Shown: piece after piece, positions 1 through 9,723 of the stretch
Layout of the letters: each line of letters starts with the position of its first letter
Position numbering within the stretch: position 1 is the stretch's first letter
DNA from: Silvanigrellaceae bacterium
GTDB lineage: Bacteria > Bdellovibrionota_B > Oligoflexia > Silvanigrellales > Silvanigrellaceae
Assembly (NCBI GenBank): GCA_049423385.1
Contig: JBMSQQ010000031.1
Location: 1 to 34,789 of the forward strand
Length of the DNA stretch: 34,789 nucleotides
Direction of reading: 5' to 3'
The notes under the pieces: generated by a model
What the model saw: the letters and a program-made list of their open reading frames with translations, nothing else
What the model was told of the DNA's origin: nothing
The model's database searches: none
Made by a program: the position numbers and the translations under genes

Positions 1-69
1 CGCGTGCGGCTCTTCCCGCACTCTGTGACTTCTTTCTTCTCTTTTCAAAGAACCTTGCTCTGCAGGAGC

Positions 70-145
70 TGGTGGCGGGGGCAGGACTTGAACCTGCGGC
101 CTTCGGGTTATGAGCCCGACGAGATACCAACTTCTCCACCCCGCG
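70..145 (-). tRNA. initiator tRNA-fMet (anticodon CAT)
   Basis: Reverse complement reads CGCGGGGTGGAGAAGTTGGTATCTCGTCGGGCTCATAACCCGAAGGCCGCAGGTTCAAGTCCTGCCCCCGCCACCA: 76 nt, CAT anticodon, three consecutive G-C pairs in the anticodon stem, C1:A72 mismatch, GTTCAA T-loop and encoded CCA. Confidence 0.97.
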
Positions 146-163
146 TCTCTCAGAGCGAACCGG

Positions 164-192
164 TGTTTACCCACGCCGCGTGGGGCTGTCAA
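164..192 (-). promoter_or_regulatory. sigma70-type promoter for tRNA-fMet
   Basis: Minus strand: TTGACA (192-187), 17-bp spacer, TAAACA (169-164), with an upstream T-tract resembling an UP element. It ends about 18 nt before the tRNA 5' end. Confidence 0.65.
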
Positions 193-210
193 CACCCTTT
201 CAAAAAAAAT

Positions 211-1131
211 TTACGCGTTGGCCACAACGCCCTTGAGCCGCTGCCTCAAAAAGTTGGGAAGTGCAAAAGATCCCTTGTGAATATCCATATTGTAATAACG
301 TGTGGATTTCTCGATCGCGAGAGCGCGTTCAACATCAATCGCCTCAAAAGGATGCGACGTCGCACTGGCGAATGCCCATGACCAATAACCGAACGGATAG
401 GTGGGGATACTTCCGGCAAACGCCCACACCTGACCAATTTCACGCAAATTTCCATAGACTTTCGCGAGATCAATGCCATTCTCCCAGGGCGATTCGCATT
501 GTGCCATGACAATTCCATCGGGTTTCAGAATGCGGCGAACTTCCTTGTAGAATGCTCCGGAGAACAAACCAACACCAGGCCCAATCGGGTCAGTTGAGTC
601 GACAATGATAACGTCAAAGCTCTGATCTGCAGAGTTTTTAACAAACTCCACACCGTCGGCGATGTTCACCTTCGCCCGAGGATGATTAAGTCCAACGGCC
701 GTGAATGGCAGATATTGTCTCGAGAGCGAAACCACATCGGGATCAATTTCACACAGGATAGCTTCGCGGACCGAGTCGTGACGCAAAACTTCTCGCAGTG
801 TCCCGCCATCTCCGCCTCCAATCACGAGAACTCTCTCGGGCTTGCGATGAACAAGACATGGAACATGTGCAATCATCTCATGATAAACGAACTCGTCTCT
901 CTCTGTGACCATCATAAGGCCATCGAGGGTCAAGACCCGACCGAATCCTGAAGTTTCAAGTACATCGACGCGCTGGAAGGGAGACTGTTTGGATGCCAAG
1001 ACCTTTTTTACATGCAGGCCCAACGAGATTTCGTCGTTGTGACGTTCCTGGTACCAAAGGTCCAGGACAACACCCTCCTCGGCTGACGACTCGGGACTTG
1101 AGCTGTTTTGATTTCTCTGTGAATAATACAT
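211..1131 (-). CDS. speE: spermidine synthase (polyamine aminopropyltransferase)
   Basis: Motifs SPFQRVDV, LDGLMMVTERDEFVYHEM, VLVIGGGDGG, EID, DVIIVDSTDP and PTYP. Start taken at ATG 1131 (MYYSQ) rather than the ORF-track start at 1200. Confidence 0.95.
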   Translation of the reverse strand: MYYSQRNQNSSSPESSAEEGVVLDLWYQERHNDEISLGLHVKKVLASKQSPFQRVDVLETSGFGRVLTLDGLMMVTERDEFVYHEMIAHVPCLVHRKPERVLVIGGGDGGTLREVLRHDSVREAILCEIDPDVVSLSRQYLPFTAVGLNHPRAKVNIADGVEFVKNSADQSFDVIIVDSTDPIGPGVGLFSGAFYKEVRRILKPDGIVMAQCESPWENGIDLAKVYGNLREIGQVWAFAGSIPTYPFGYWSWAFASATSHPFEAIDVERALAIEKSTRYYNMDIHKGSFALPNFLRQRLKGVVANA

Positions 1132-1234
1132 ATTTAAGCCTCGCTGGATGATAGTTTTCATCGACGGGCGGCTTCTAGCACCCAGTGAACAGCGAGACAA
1201 CCCGTTTGAACAATCTCGGAGAGACCTCTTGAAG

Positions 1235-2488
1235 ATGGCTACCGATCAGAGAACTCAAAACGATTTACGAGTTGAAGAAAAATCAAACGCGCTTGCTGGA
1301 GTATCGGTCGGTCTGTGCGTTGGAGGTGGCATCGCGGCGCTCGAGAGCCCGAAGCTTGCACGGGAATTGAGAAGGATGGGCGCAAAGGTTCGCTTCATTG
1401 TGACCGAAGCTGCTCTGGACTTCGTTGGACGCACAGCTTTGGAATGGTCCAGCGCAAACCAAGTCACCCTGGAACCCTCTGGGCTTGCGCAACACATCGC
1501 AGGCGAAGACTTGGTGCTTGTCTTTCCAGCAACGGCTGACCTTATTGGCAAGGCAGCAAATGGAATCTGTCCGGACGCCTGCAGCACATACATCCAGAGT
1601 GCACTTGGCGAAAAGCTGCCGCTCTTTTTTCTTCCGACAATGCATGACTCTTTGAGAAACTCACCTGCCTTCAAAAACAACGTCACAACCCTCGAAGCGT
1701 TTCCTTCGGTTTATTTTTTGCCTCCGAGGGTCGAGGAAGGAAAATGGAAAGCTCCATCGCCATTTGAACTGGCTCTTGAGTTGGCCTTCAGGTTCAATCG
1801 CCTCAGATTGAAAAACCATCACGGAACAAATCCCACTGCTGTTGTCACCCTTGGGGGAACTCATTCGAATATTGACGTTGCACGAATATTATCCAACAGG
1901 TCGAGTGGAACGTTGGGAGCACTGCTCATCCGAAATCTTCTTGAAAGAGGAATTTCAGTTACGGCACTTTGCGGCAACATGAGTGCTCGTCTCGAGAATT
2001 GTTCAGGACTCAACCGACTGGAAGCGGCCGAATTTGATCAGATGCAGAACCAGCTCAAAGTCGTCAGCGCAAATCCGGATATATCTGCACTCTTTCATTT
2101 GGCCGCAGTTTCGGATTATGCAGTGGAAAAATCGTTCGCCGGGAAAATTTCAAGTTCCACCGCTGAGATCGAGTTGAAACTGAAGCGTCTGCCCAAACTC
2201 ATCGCGCTTTCTGAGCTGAAAAATATCGAATACAAAGTGGGTTGTAAGTTCACGGCATCAAATGATGAAAGCGAAATGTCCAAAGCACGCAGACTCTTGA
2301 TTGACCATAAATTGAATTCGGTGCTTTGGAATTGGGGGGAATCGGCGTTCGGGAATTCCTCGAGCGAAGACCATATACTGATCCAAGACAACGGCCTTCA
2401 AACCACTCTTTCGGGAAAAGCGGAAATTGCACAACGGATGGTGGATGATTTTATTAATTTTATCTCCAGCAAAAGAAGCAAAACATGA
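1235..2488 (+). CDS. coaBC: bifunctional phosphopantothenoylcysteine decarboxylase/synthase (Dfp/CoaBC), archaeal-like motif set
   Basis: N-terminal HFCD flavoprotein domain (GGIAA, HI, PATADLIGKAANGI, PTMH). C-terminal CoaB domain (TLGGT..ID.AR.LSNRSSG, AAVSDY, KISS). Start at ATG 1235 after GGAGA. Confidence 0.88.
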   Translation: MATDQRTQNDLRVEEKSNALAGVSVGLCVGGGIAALESPKLARELRRMGAKVRFIVTEAALDFVGRTALEWSSANQVTLEPSGLAQHIAGEDLVLVFPATADLIGKAANGICPDACSTYIQSALGEKLPLFFLPTMHDSLRNSPAFKNNVTTLEAFPSVYFLPPRVEEGKWKAPSPFELALELAFRFNRLRLKNHHGTNPTAVVTLGGTHSNIDVARILSNRSSGTLGALLIRNLLERGISVTALCGNMSARLENCSGLNRLEAAEFDQMQNQLKVVSANPDISALFHLAAVSDYAVEKSFAGKISSSTAEIELKLKRLPKLIALSELKNIEYKVGCKFTASNDESEMSKARRLLIDHKLNSVLWNWGESAFGNSSSEDHILIQDNGLQTTLSGKAEIAQRMVDDFINFISSKRSKT

Positions 2489-3282
2489 GCAGTTCAGACG
2501 CAGGTAACATTCCAATGGTTCTCAATGAAGGCTCTCCTACAATCGGGCGCAACCAATTTTACGGAATTTTGATTGCAGCCTACTCTTGGTTCGTTATTTC
2601 ACTTCTGACGATCACTTTTGCCACTCTCGTGATAGTCTGTTCCCCGCTTGCAATGATCTTTGACAAACGCAGAAACACGCTGCACAAAATCGCAACTGGT
2701 TGGGCAAAATCAATTGCAATCAGTAATCCATGGTGGAAATTCAATGTTGATGGCCGTGAAAATTTGCCTGCAGAGAGCGTTCCCGTCGTATACGTGGCCA
2801 ACCACCAAAGCCAGGCTGACATCATCAGCGTCTTCATGATCTCACGGCAATTTCGATGGCTCGCAAAGGATTCCCTCTTTAAAGTTCCATTCCTTGGCTG
2901 GGCAATGGCTGCAGCTGGTTATGTTCCTGTAAAACGAGGCGACAGACGATCGCACAGCGCCTGTATGAGAAAATCCCTTGAGCATCTCTCTGACGGAACA
3001 TCAATGCTGTTTTTTCCCGAGGGAACAAGGTCTCCCGATGGAAGATTGTTGCCATTCAAATCGGGTGCATTCAAGCTCGCCATGGAAGCAAAAGTTCCCG
3101 TCGTTCCGTTGACCCTGCAAGGTGCTTCAGAACTTCTGCCGAAGGGCTCCATGATTCCATCCACGGCCGAGGTCCAAATAACGGTTCATCCCATGATCAA
3201 ATGTGATGGTCTCAGCGAAGCCGACTTGATGAAGGAAGCCCGGCGCGCCATCGAATCTGCTCTTCCAGCCAGAATGACTTGA
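2485..3282 (+). CDS. plsC: 1-acyl-sn-glycerol-3-phosphate acyltransferase
   Basis: NHQSQAD (HX4D) and FFPEGTRS acyltransferase motifs, N-terminal TM segment, ATGA overlap with coaBC. Confidence 0.92.
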   Translation: MSSSDAGNIPMVLNEGSPTIGRNQFYGILIAAYSWFVISLLTITFATLVIVCSPLAMIFDKRRNTLHKIATGWAKSIAISNPWWKFNVDGRENLPAESVPVVYVANHQSQADIISVFMISRQFRWLAKDSLFKVPFLGWAMAAAGYVPVKRGDRRSHSACMRKSLEHLSDGTSMLFFPEGTRSPDGRLLPFKSGAFKLAMEAKVPVVPLTLQGASELLPKGSMIPSTAEVQITVHPMIKCDGLSEADLMKEARRAIESALPARMT

Positions 3283-3372
3283 ATTTGTCGCTTGCTCACA
3301 CCTTGACCAACTGACTTCTCATGTGACTGATGATACACTGCGTGCAAACTCGTATTGCAGTGGAGATTCGGC

Positions 3373-5142
3373 TTGAAATTCAAACCGTCGAAACCTTCGG
3401 AAGTCACTCTCGCTGGCTTGTGCATCATTTTCTCAAACTCGTGCACAAGCACGGAACCCAGCAGCTCCACGGCACCAAAACTTTCAGACCGTGCAAATTG
3501 CGCACTTCCAAAAAGTCACCTCGATTGGACTTCATCCAGGCCACCAAAACTGGTCTTCATCAGCATTGACAGCCTGAATGCTGCAGGACTGGAAGAATAC
3601 GTTGGCAAATTTTCGAGCCCACATCCTGATGGCTTCAAAAAGATTCTCAACAATGCAAACAAGAACTCATCGCTGTCAATTGCAAATCCAACAATCACAG
3701 CTTCATCTCACACTTCCACCATCACCTGCTCTTCGGCCGAGAAGCATGGAGTTTTTGCGAACTCCCAATGGAACGGTGAGAAGATGGTGAGCGGCTTCAA
3801 TACCCCAATTCAAACAGAGACATTCGCAAGCACGCTCGCAAAACATAGGCTTAAAGTTGTCACTGCTGGTTATCCGGCTCTCGACAACTCCGAACAAGGA
3901 CGGCAAGTCTCTGCGGGGTTTGCATATGGAGATGTTTATTCTCAGTCTGCAATCCTGAAGCTCGAAAAACAGTCAACAATCCAGCACTCATGGAAAGACA
4001 ATTCAGGAAAAGAGATCGCAATGGTCTCTATTGACAGTGAAAAAAACAACAAACTCCTGGTCAAGTGCCTGGATGAACGATGCAAGGTAATGGATCGCCT
4101 GGCCAGCGGACTTGTTCCATTGGAGCTTTTTTCGAACAAGCGCAGAAGCACGGCCTATATTGTGCCTTTGGATGAAAACCTCAGGCAAGTTTACGTCTCA
4201 CAGGTTGCAAGCAACATCTCCTTTCCGGAATCAACCGCCACCAGCCTTGATGAATGTGGAATCATTTTTTCACCTGGCAAAGATACATCTTTGTCGAAAT
4301 TCGGAGCCAAGGCATTGGTTGCCGGAATGGAACATAGGCTCAATTTTTTTCGCGACGCATGGTCCCGGTTTCTCCCCAGTACCAACGCCGATGCCATTTT
4401 TCTCTATCTTGAAGATTTGGATGCTCTCAGGCACCAATTTGCCGGCGATCCAGCGGCTGACACGACTGTGGTGAAGCACCTGGAAAAAGTCGACCAACTG
4501 TTGGGAGAGTTCTTGTCTTCCCTGCCAAAAGCAACGAACGTTGTCATCATGGGCGACCACGGCATGTCTACAGTTCAGCGTGAAATCAATATTCGAAAAA
4601 TCTTGCCCAAGGAAACCCTGGAAAACGCCCTCATGGTGACTTCGGGAGGTGCTCTACTTGTTTACGGCAGGCATTCGCAATCAGGAAAATCAATCAGCAG
4701 CAACCCGAGTGCTGCTGACCAGAAGTGGCTCCAGGACGCAAAAAAAGCGTTGGAAAAATTCCGCGTCGACAGCAACAGCCCACCCGTCTTCGAACAGGTG
4801 CTCATCAAGAATTCAAAAGAAATGAAAGCAGCTGGACTTAATCATCCTCAGGCCCCATACCTGATCGCATTTGCAAATGAAATTTTTTCTCTCCAGAACT
4901 CGCTCGAAGAAAAACTCATTCTGGCGGATTTGAAAAGCAGCCCAGCTTCCACCCCACGCCCGCGAGGACAGCATGGTCACTTCAATCAGAACCCATCTAT
5001 GAAATCTTTCCTTTCAATTTGGGGCCCGCAACTGAACCAAGTTGATGCGAGTTCAATCAAGGCAAACCTCGATGTTGTTCCAGCTATTGCCGGAGCGCTG
5101 GCATGGCCATTGCCTGACCAATGTGCAGGGCGTCAACGATGA
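3373..5142 (+). CDS. alkaline phosphatase superfamily / nucleotide pyrophosphatase-phosphodiesterase lipoprotein
   Basis: Metal-ligand and nucleophile motifs FISIDSL, PTITASSH (Thr nucleophile), DLDALRH, GDHG and GQHGH. Possible lipobox (..IIFSNSC). Start at TTG 3373 after GGAG; the ORF track starts at 3355. Confidence 0.8.
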   Translation: MKFKPSKPSEVTLAGLCIIFSNSCTSTEPSSSTAPKLSDRANCALPKSHLDWTSSRPPKLVFISIDSLNAAGLEEYVGKFSSPHPDGFKKILNNANKNSSLSIANPTITASSHTSTITCSSAEKHGVFANSQWNGEKMVSGFNTPIQTETFASTLAKHRLKVVTAGYPALDNSEQGRQVSAGFAYGDVYSQSAILKLEKQSTIQHSWKDNSGKEIAMVSIDSEKNNKLLVKCLDERCKVMDRLASGLVPLELFSNKRRSTAYIVPLDENLRQVYVSQVASNISFPESTATSLDECGIIFSPGKDTSLSKFGAKALVAGMEHRLNFFRDAWSRFLPSTNADAIFLYLEDLDALRHQFAGDPAADTTVVKHLEKVDQLLGEFLSSLPKATNVVIMGDHGMSTVQREINIRKILPKETLENALMVTSGGALLVYGRHSQSGKSISSNPSAADQKWLQDAKKALEKFRVDSNSPPVFEQVLIKNSKEMKAAGLNHPQAPYLIAFANEIFSLQNSLEEKLILADLKSSPASTPRPRGQHGHFNQNPSMKSFLSIWGPQLNQVDASSIKANLDVVPAIAGALAWPLPDQCAGRQR

Positions 5143-6413
5143 TAATGCGGTGCAAAAAAATTATTGCATTTTCAATCTTGACTGCTTGCGCGACCTATAC
5201 CGATCAGACTGCAGAGGTTCGAAGCAAGCTTATTCATGGTCAAACCAGCGAAGCAATTCAAACGCTTGAATCGAGTTCAATCGCGTCCAGAAAGCGGGAT
5301 GAAGTCTTGTACCGGATGGAACGCGGAATGCTTCATTACCTTTCGGGAAATTACGACCGTGCGAACAAAGACTGGGAAAGGTCTTTCAGACGGTCTGAAG
5401 AGCTTTACACCACAAGTATCGCGAATACGGCCGCAAGTATCGCCATGTCTGAGGACATGACGGATTATGAGGGCGAGGACCACGAAAAGGTTTTCCTGCC
5501 TATATTTTCTGCCATGGCTTGGTTTTCAACAGGTGACCTGAATGCTGCCTTGGTTGAAATTCGCAAAGCATACAACCTGATCAGCAAATTGAAACTCGAC
5601 AGTGATGGAGAAGTGGCGCGCATTGATGGATTTCCTTTCCTGGTCTCGGGGCTACTGTACGAAGCCAACACCAATTGGGATTCAGCAATCATCGAATACA
5701 GGAAGGCTTTGAAGTTTTATCGCAAAGCTCAGAGTGATGCATTCAGGTCAGTGATAAGGCTGACCGCAGATTCGCTTTGGCGAGTTGCGGAATTTCGCAA
5801 TCGTACGGAGATAGTGAAAGAACTCGAGGAAAATGGGTTTGCTCGCCCAGTCAACAATCTCGAGACCGTCATGTCCAAAGGCGAAGTATTTGTGGTCGTC
5901 GAGGGAGGACAAAGCCCAATCAAGGTGCCCCGCGATCATACCCTCCAAGGTTCGGAAGGTATCATGAACATCTCATTTCCCACTTATCAGGCCATCACGC
6001 GTGCAAGCTCATTCACCGTCATGAACTGCGATGGAAACGAGTGTTTGCGAACCTCCAAGGCGTCGGACATTGGAATTTTGGCGGAAACTGCTCTTGAAAA
6101 GCGCCGAATCAGGGACTTTGCAAAACTTGTGGCTCGTCTTGCCATCAAGGCCGGAACCCAGGCTGCCGTCCAAAAACAATTCGGAGAGGCTGCCGGTTTT
6201 GCAATGATGTTGGCAAACGCTGCAACGGAACGCGCAGATACCAGAAGCTGGACTCTGCTGCCCGAAAACATCCAAATTGCCAGAATTGTAGTGAACCCAG
6301 ACACTCCTGTGAGATTTTCATCGGCCAATCAATATACCGTGAACGGTAACTCCTGGGTCGTCAAAGTCCCTCGAGGCAAAAAGAAATTTCTTCGCATCAG
6401 GACGATGTACTGA
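5139..6413 (+). CDS. COG3014-like TPR-containing lipoprotein
   Basis: Lipobox ILTAC, TPR-like segment LYRMERGMLHYLSGNYDRA, Y.GE..E motif, 'AALVEIRK' and C-terminal ERADTRSWTLLP, as typical of this family. ATGA overlap with the upstream gene. Confidence 0.75.
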   Translation: MIMRCKKIIAFSILTACATYTDQTAEVRSKLIHGQTSEAIQTLESSSIASRKRDEVLYRMERGMLHYLSGNYDRANKDWERSFRRSEELYTTSIANTAASIAMSEDMTDYEGEDHEKVFLPIFSAMAWFSTGDLNAALVEIRKAYNLISKLKLDSDGEVARIDGFPFLVSGLLYEANTNWDSAIIEYRKALKFYRKAQSDAFRSVIRLTADSLWRVAEFRNRTEIVKELEENGFARPVNNLETVMSKGEVFVVVEGGQSPIKVPRDHTLQGSEGIMNISFPTYQAITRASSFTVMNCDGNECLRTSKASDIGILAETALEKRRIRDFAKLVARLAIKAGTQAAVQKQFGEAAGFAMMLANAATERADTRSWTLLPENIQIARIVVNPDTPVRFSSANQYTVNGNSWVVKVPRGKKKFLRIRTMY

Positions 6414-6416
6414 TGG

Positions 6417-7823
6417 TCAATGCCGCGCTATCCAGCCATATTCAGCCATCAGCCCTTGAATCAGGGCCGGTGCATCGAAGGAGACCAAACGTTCTGTGCC
6501 ATAGCTCAGCGGCATCGTTGTTCTGAGCAGCGTGTGCACCTGGGTCTTCATGTCGACTTCGGGATACTGCGAGGCAGTCATCGAGAGTACAGCAGCAACT
6601 TGAGCAGCAGCCAACGAAGAGCCGCTCATGAAGCCATAATCATTTCTTGTCAGTGTCGAATAGATTCGTTCTCCCGGAGCCAACAATACGGTTCCAAGAT
6701 CGTTCGGTTCCAAATTACTGAACCAAGCTGGACGCGAACAAAAATCCATTGCCCCCACGGGCAACAATGAACCCGGAAGATCCTGGAAGCGGTTCGACCA
6801 AGATGCCGGATAGACTCGCTGCGCAGCTTGTTTTCGACCCGTTTCCAAATTTCCGGATGGTACAACAACAACGACATCGTGCTCGAGAATCGTACGCACC
6901 TTTTCTTCTAGACTTTCCAAAAACTCGGGGGGTATCCCGTCGGATTCGAAAAAAGCCCAAGAGAGAAGAATCACACGGGTCAATCGGGTTCCTCGGCTCT
7001 CTTGTGCAAGCAATGAAACCTTGATGGAGTCCAATGTGTTCGCTACGTCCTGGCCGGTGATTCTTGGACCCTCTTGCGTCGAGTGAACGGTCAGGGGGAA
7101 CAGGGTGGATCGAAGACCAGGGATCACTCCAACTGCACCATCGCCGTTTCGTAGTGCCGACATCGTTCCTAGCACATGAGTTCCATGTGAATCCGGCGAG
7201 GGAAGCGGATTCCGACCAATTTGTTTGACTTTGACCAACCCTTGCAGATCAGGATGAGACAGCTCCGCCATCGAGTCGCTCACCCACACTTCCCCGTAAT
7301 GCTCACCCGGATTCAGCATTGCTGAATCCCAAATTTTGGCTGATGAAGGAGTCAATGGATTGGTTTGCGGGCAAGTCAAAGTTCTTGAAGTAAAACGTTT
7401 GCCGCCCAGACCTGGACTGGTCCAATACGAGTTCTCCTCAGCCTGTGCCCCACGCGCGGAGTTCAAGTTTTGGTCAAGCGTCAAAGGAAATCTTTCAAAC
7501 CAGGAATTGGGCCATGACAATAGATGCCATTGCAGTGCGAGCCCACCATCTTGCACAGGCACCACGTTCATCGCCTGCAAACGCCCCAAAACGCCGTCCG
7601 AAAGTGTATTCAAGGGAAAGCGCAAGCCCGACGCATGATCCAATGACCTGGCCCTCATGCTCAATCCGGTCGCAGGTAATATCTGGATCATCAAGAAAGA
7701 CAGGCAACTTATAGAGACGAGTCCCAACCCGACAACGGAAGCGACCGAGGGGTTTTGCCAGCCGACTGGCACATAGGACAGAAATCTCTTAATAATTGGG
7801 TGCACGGCACTTCTCCAATCCAT
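6417..7823 (-). CDS. subtilisin-like S8 serine peptidase (divergent), membrane-anchored or exported
   Basis: Catalytic segments V.VSDS..HPDL, HGTHVLG, oxyanion SGN, LLAPGERIYST and SGSSLAA. N-terminal hydrophobic segment. Confidence 0.85.
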   Translation of the reverse strand: MDWRSAVHPIIKRFLSYVPVGWQNPSVASVVGLGLVSISCLSFLMIQILPATGLSMRARSLDHASGLRFPLNTLSDGVLGRLQAMNVVPVQDGGLALQWHLLSWPNSWFERFPLTLDQNLNSARGAQAEENSYWTSPGLGGKRFTSRTLTCPQTNPLTPSSAKIWDSAMLNPGEHYGEVWVSDSMAELSHPDLQGLVKVKQIGRNPLPSPDSHGTHVLGTMSALRNGDGAVGVIPGLRSTLFPLTVHSTQEGPRITGQDVANTLDSIKVSLLAQESRGTRLTRVILLSWAFFESDGIPPEFLESLEEKVRTILEHDVVVVVPSGNLETGRKQAAQRVYPASWSNRFQDLPGSLLPVGAMDFCSRPAWFSNLEPNDLGTVLLAPGERIYSTLTRNDYGFMSGSSLAAAQVAAVLSMTASQYPEVDMKTQVHTLLRTTMPLSYGTERLVSFDAPALIQGLMAEYGWIARH

Positions 7824-7902
7824 TACTCAAGATCGGAAAAATTTGCCGAAGCATTAGTTTTTATCTGATATTTCGCGCATTCGAGCGCGCTGAGAGGGGT
7901 TT

Positions 7903-9705
7903 TTGGCTGATTCTCAAAACGGTCTAAAGCAGGAATTGCCCCTACACAAAAAGAAGGCTTTTCTCCTTTGGTTACATATAGTTAAAAACCACAGAATGGA
8001 GTACATTTTCAGTCTCCTGGCAGGACTTGTCTCAATTGTTCCCTCGACTGCCCTCGTGCTGCTCGTGACGTATTCAATTTCTCTGCTTCAGGGCTCACCA
8101 AGACCAATTACCTGGGCAGAGCTGTTGGGAGAACATGCGAGTCGCTGGTTGGGTCCCATTGTCCGTGAAACACAATATGAATCGGGCTTAAGCCTCGAAT
8201 TTCAGAAATGGTTTATTGCACCAATACTGCTCGCCGTGGGTCTGTGCGGCAATTTGCTACGCTTTTATCAAGAGTTAAGCATCGAGAATATTGGAGAAAA
8301 AATTACACGAGACCTCAGAAACAGCATCACCTCGAAATATTTGGGTTCAGCCTATTCAGCAGCACGGAAAACATCCGGCTCGCTGATTGCAAGTTTTCTT
8401 GGCGATGACAGTCGCGAAATCCGTCAAAGCTTCACGCGTCTCTGCGGAAGTGTACCGATCGAGTTCCTTTCTTCCTTTGTTTATCTCTCAATGCTTGCAC
8501 TGTTGGACACCCAATTGTTCGTGCTTTTTTTCGCGATTTTTTTACCCTCGGGCATCGTCATCAGAGCGAGTGGAAAATATCTGAAAACGCTTGCACGCAC
8601 GGGGGTGAGTGTTCAGACCGAACTCACGCAGTCATTCCTTGAAAAAATGAAGGGCTGGCAAACAATACAGTCATTCTCTTCACAGCAGTTCGAACGTTCC
8701 AGATTCGAAAACAAAAATTTCACAATCTACAACATCTGGAGAAGATCAGCGAGAGCCAAGGCTCTTTCATCGCCGAGCGTGGAATGGCTTGGGATTGCTG
8801 CCGGCGCATGTGTCCTGATTCTTGCCTTGAGAAGGGTTGCAGAGGGTGCTCTGCCCAGCAGTATTCTGATGGCATTTCTCGTGACAGTCGCTCAATTGTC
8901 AAATTCTTTTCAAACCTTGGTCAATCAATTCAACAACACGAAAAAAGGAACCGCTGGTCTTCGCCGGATTTTTGAATTCCTTGATGAAGTAAAATGCCTT
9001 TCCACTGAAGACTTTAAAACATCCGGACAATCCGACTCCCATCAGAAAAATTTTAATTCCACTTCTGCGTCTCAAATCGAAATCAAGAGCGTTTCCATTC
9101 GACACCCGGAACGACCCGGATTGTTTCTGTGCACGGATGTCAATTGCGAGCTTCAGTCTGGGGACACACTCTTCATTTCTGGTCCTTCGGGTTCCGGAAA
9201 ATCGACTTTGCTTGAGTGTCTGGCAGGATTGCGTCAGCCAGACTCCGGACAAGTGAATTTGCGGGTCGACAATCATGGAATTATTGTAAATCCATTCATC
9301 CCGGAGCATCTATCCATCTCTTTTCTCTCTCAGGAACCATTTGTGTTTGATGGCACGATTCTGGAAAACGTCATTTATCCGGAAAAAGTGATCCCGAATT
9401 CGGCCGATCAGCTGTCTCGGGCGCGGAATGCTCTTGAAAAGGCTTGTCTTGGGACGAAGCGACCAGATGAAAACGCATTATTTTTGTCGGGTGGAGAAAA
9501 ACAGCGACTGGCATTTGCCCGAGGTTTCATTCAAAATCCTTCAATCTGGATGATTGATGAAGGAACATCGGCACTGGACTCCAAAACCGAGATTGAACTC
9601 ATGCAAAACCTTCAAAAGCATTCAACAGATTCCATAAAGATACTTGTTGCCCATAGAAAATCTTTGCAATCGCTTGCCAACAAGCGAATCAATTTTGGCA
9701 GTTGA
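7903..9705 (+). CDS. ABC exporter, fused TMD+NBD (MsbA/MdlB-like)
   Basis: N-terminal multi-TM domain, Walker A GPSGSGKS, Q-loop SQEP, signature LSGGEKQR, Walker B WMIDEG and H-loop VAHR. Confidence 0.88.
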   Translation: MADSQNGLKQELPLHKKKAFLLWLHIVKNHRMEYIFSLLAGLVSIVPSTALVLLVTYSISLLQGSPRPITWAELLGEHASRWLGPIVRETQYESGLSLEFQKWFIAPILLAVGLCGNLLRFYQELSIENIGEKITRDLRNSITSKYLGSAYSAARKTSGSLIASFLGDDSREIRQSFTRLCGSVPIEFLSSFVYLSMLALLDTQLFVLFFAIFLPSGIVIRASGKYLKTLARTGVSVQTELTQSFLEKMKGWQTIQSFSSQQFERSRFENKNFTIYNIWRRSARAKALSSPSVEWLGIAAGACVLILALRRVAEGALPSSILMAFLVTVAQLSNSFQTLVNQFNNTKKGTAGLRRIFEFLDEVKCLSTEDFKTSGQSDSHQKNFNSTSASQIEIKSVSIRHPERPGLFLCTDVNCELQSGDTLFISGPSGSGKSTLLECLAGLRQPDSGQVNLRVDNHGIIVNPFIPEHLSISFLSQEPFVFDGTILENVIYPEKVIPNSADQLSRARNALEKACLGTKRPDENALFLSGGEKQRLAFARGFIQNPSIWMIDEGTSALDSKTEIELMQNLQKHSTDSIKILVAHRKSLQSLANKRINFGS

Positions 9706-9723
9706 ATTTGAAGGAGGAACATC

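Noticed and set aside
4..381. 125-aa plus-strand ORF
   Set aside because: It is an antisense shadow of tRNA-fMet and the end of speE; 'WWRGQDLNLRPSGYEPDE' is the typical translation of a tRNA reverse strand.
7824..7860. Possible sigma28-like element (TAAT-N15-TCCGATCT, minus strand) before the S8 peptidase
   Set aside because: Several mismatches and very close to the ATG; too weak to call.
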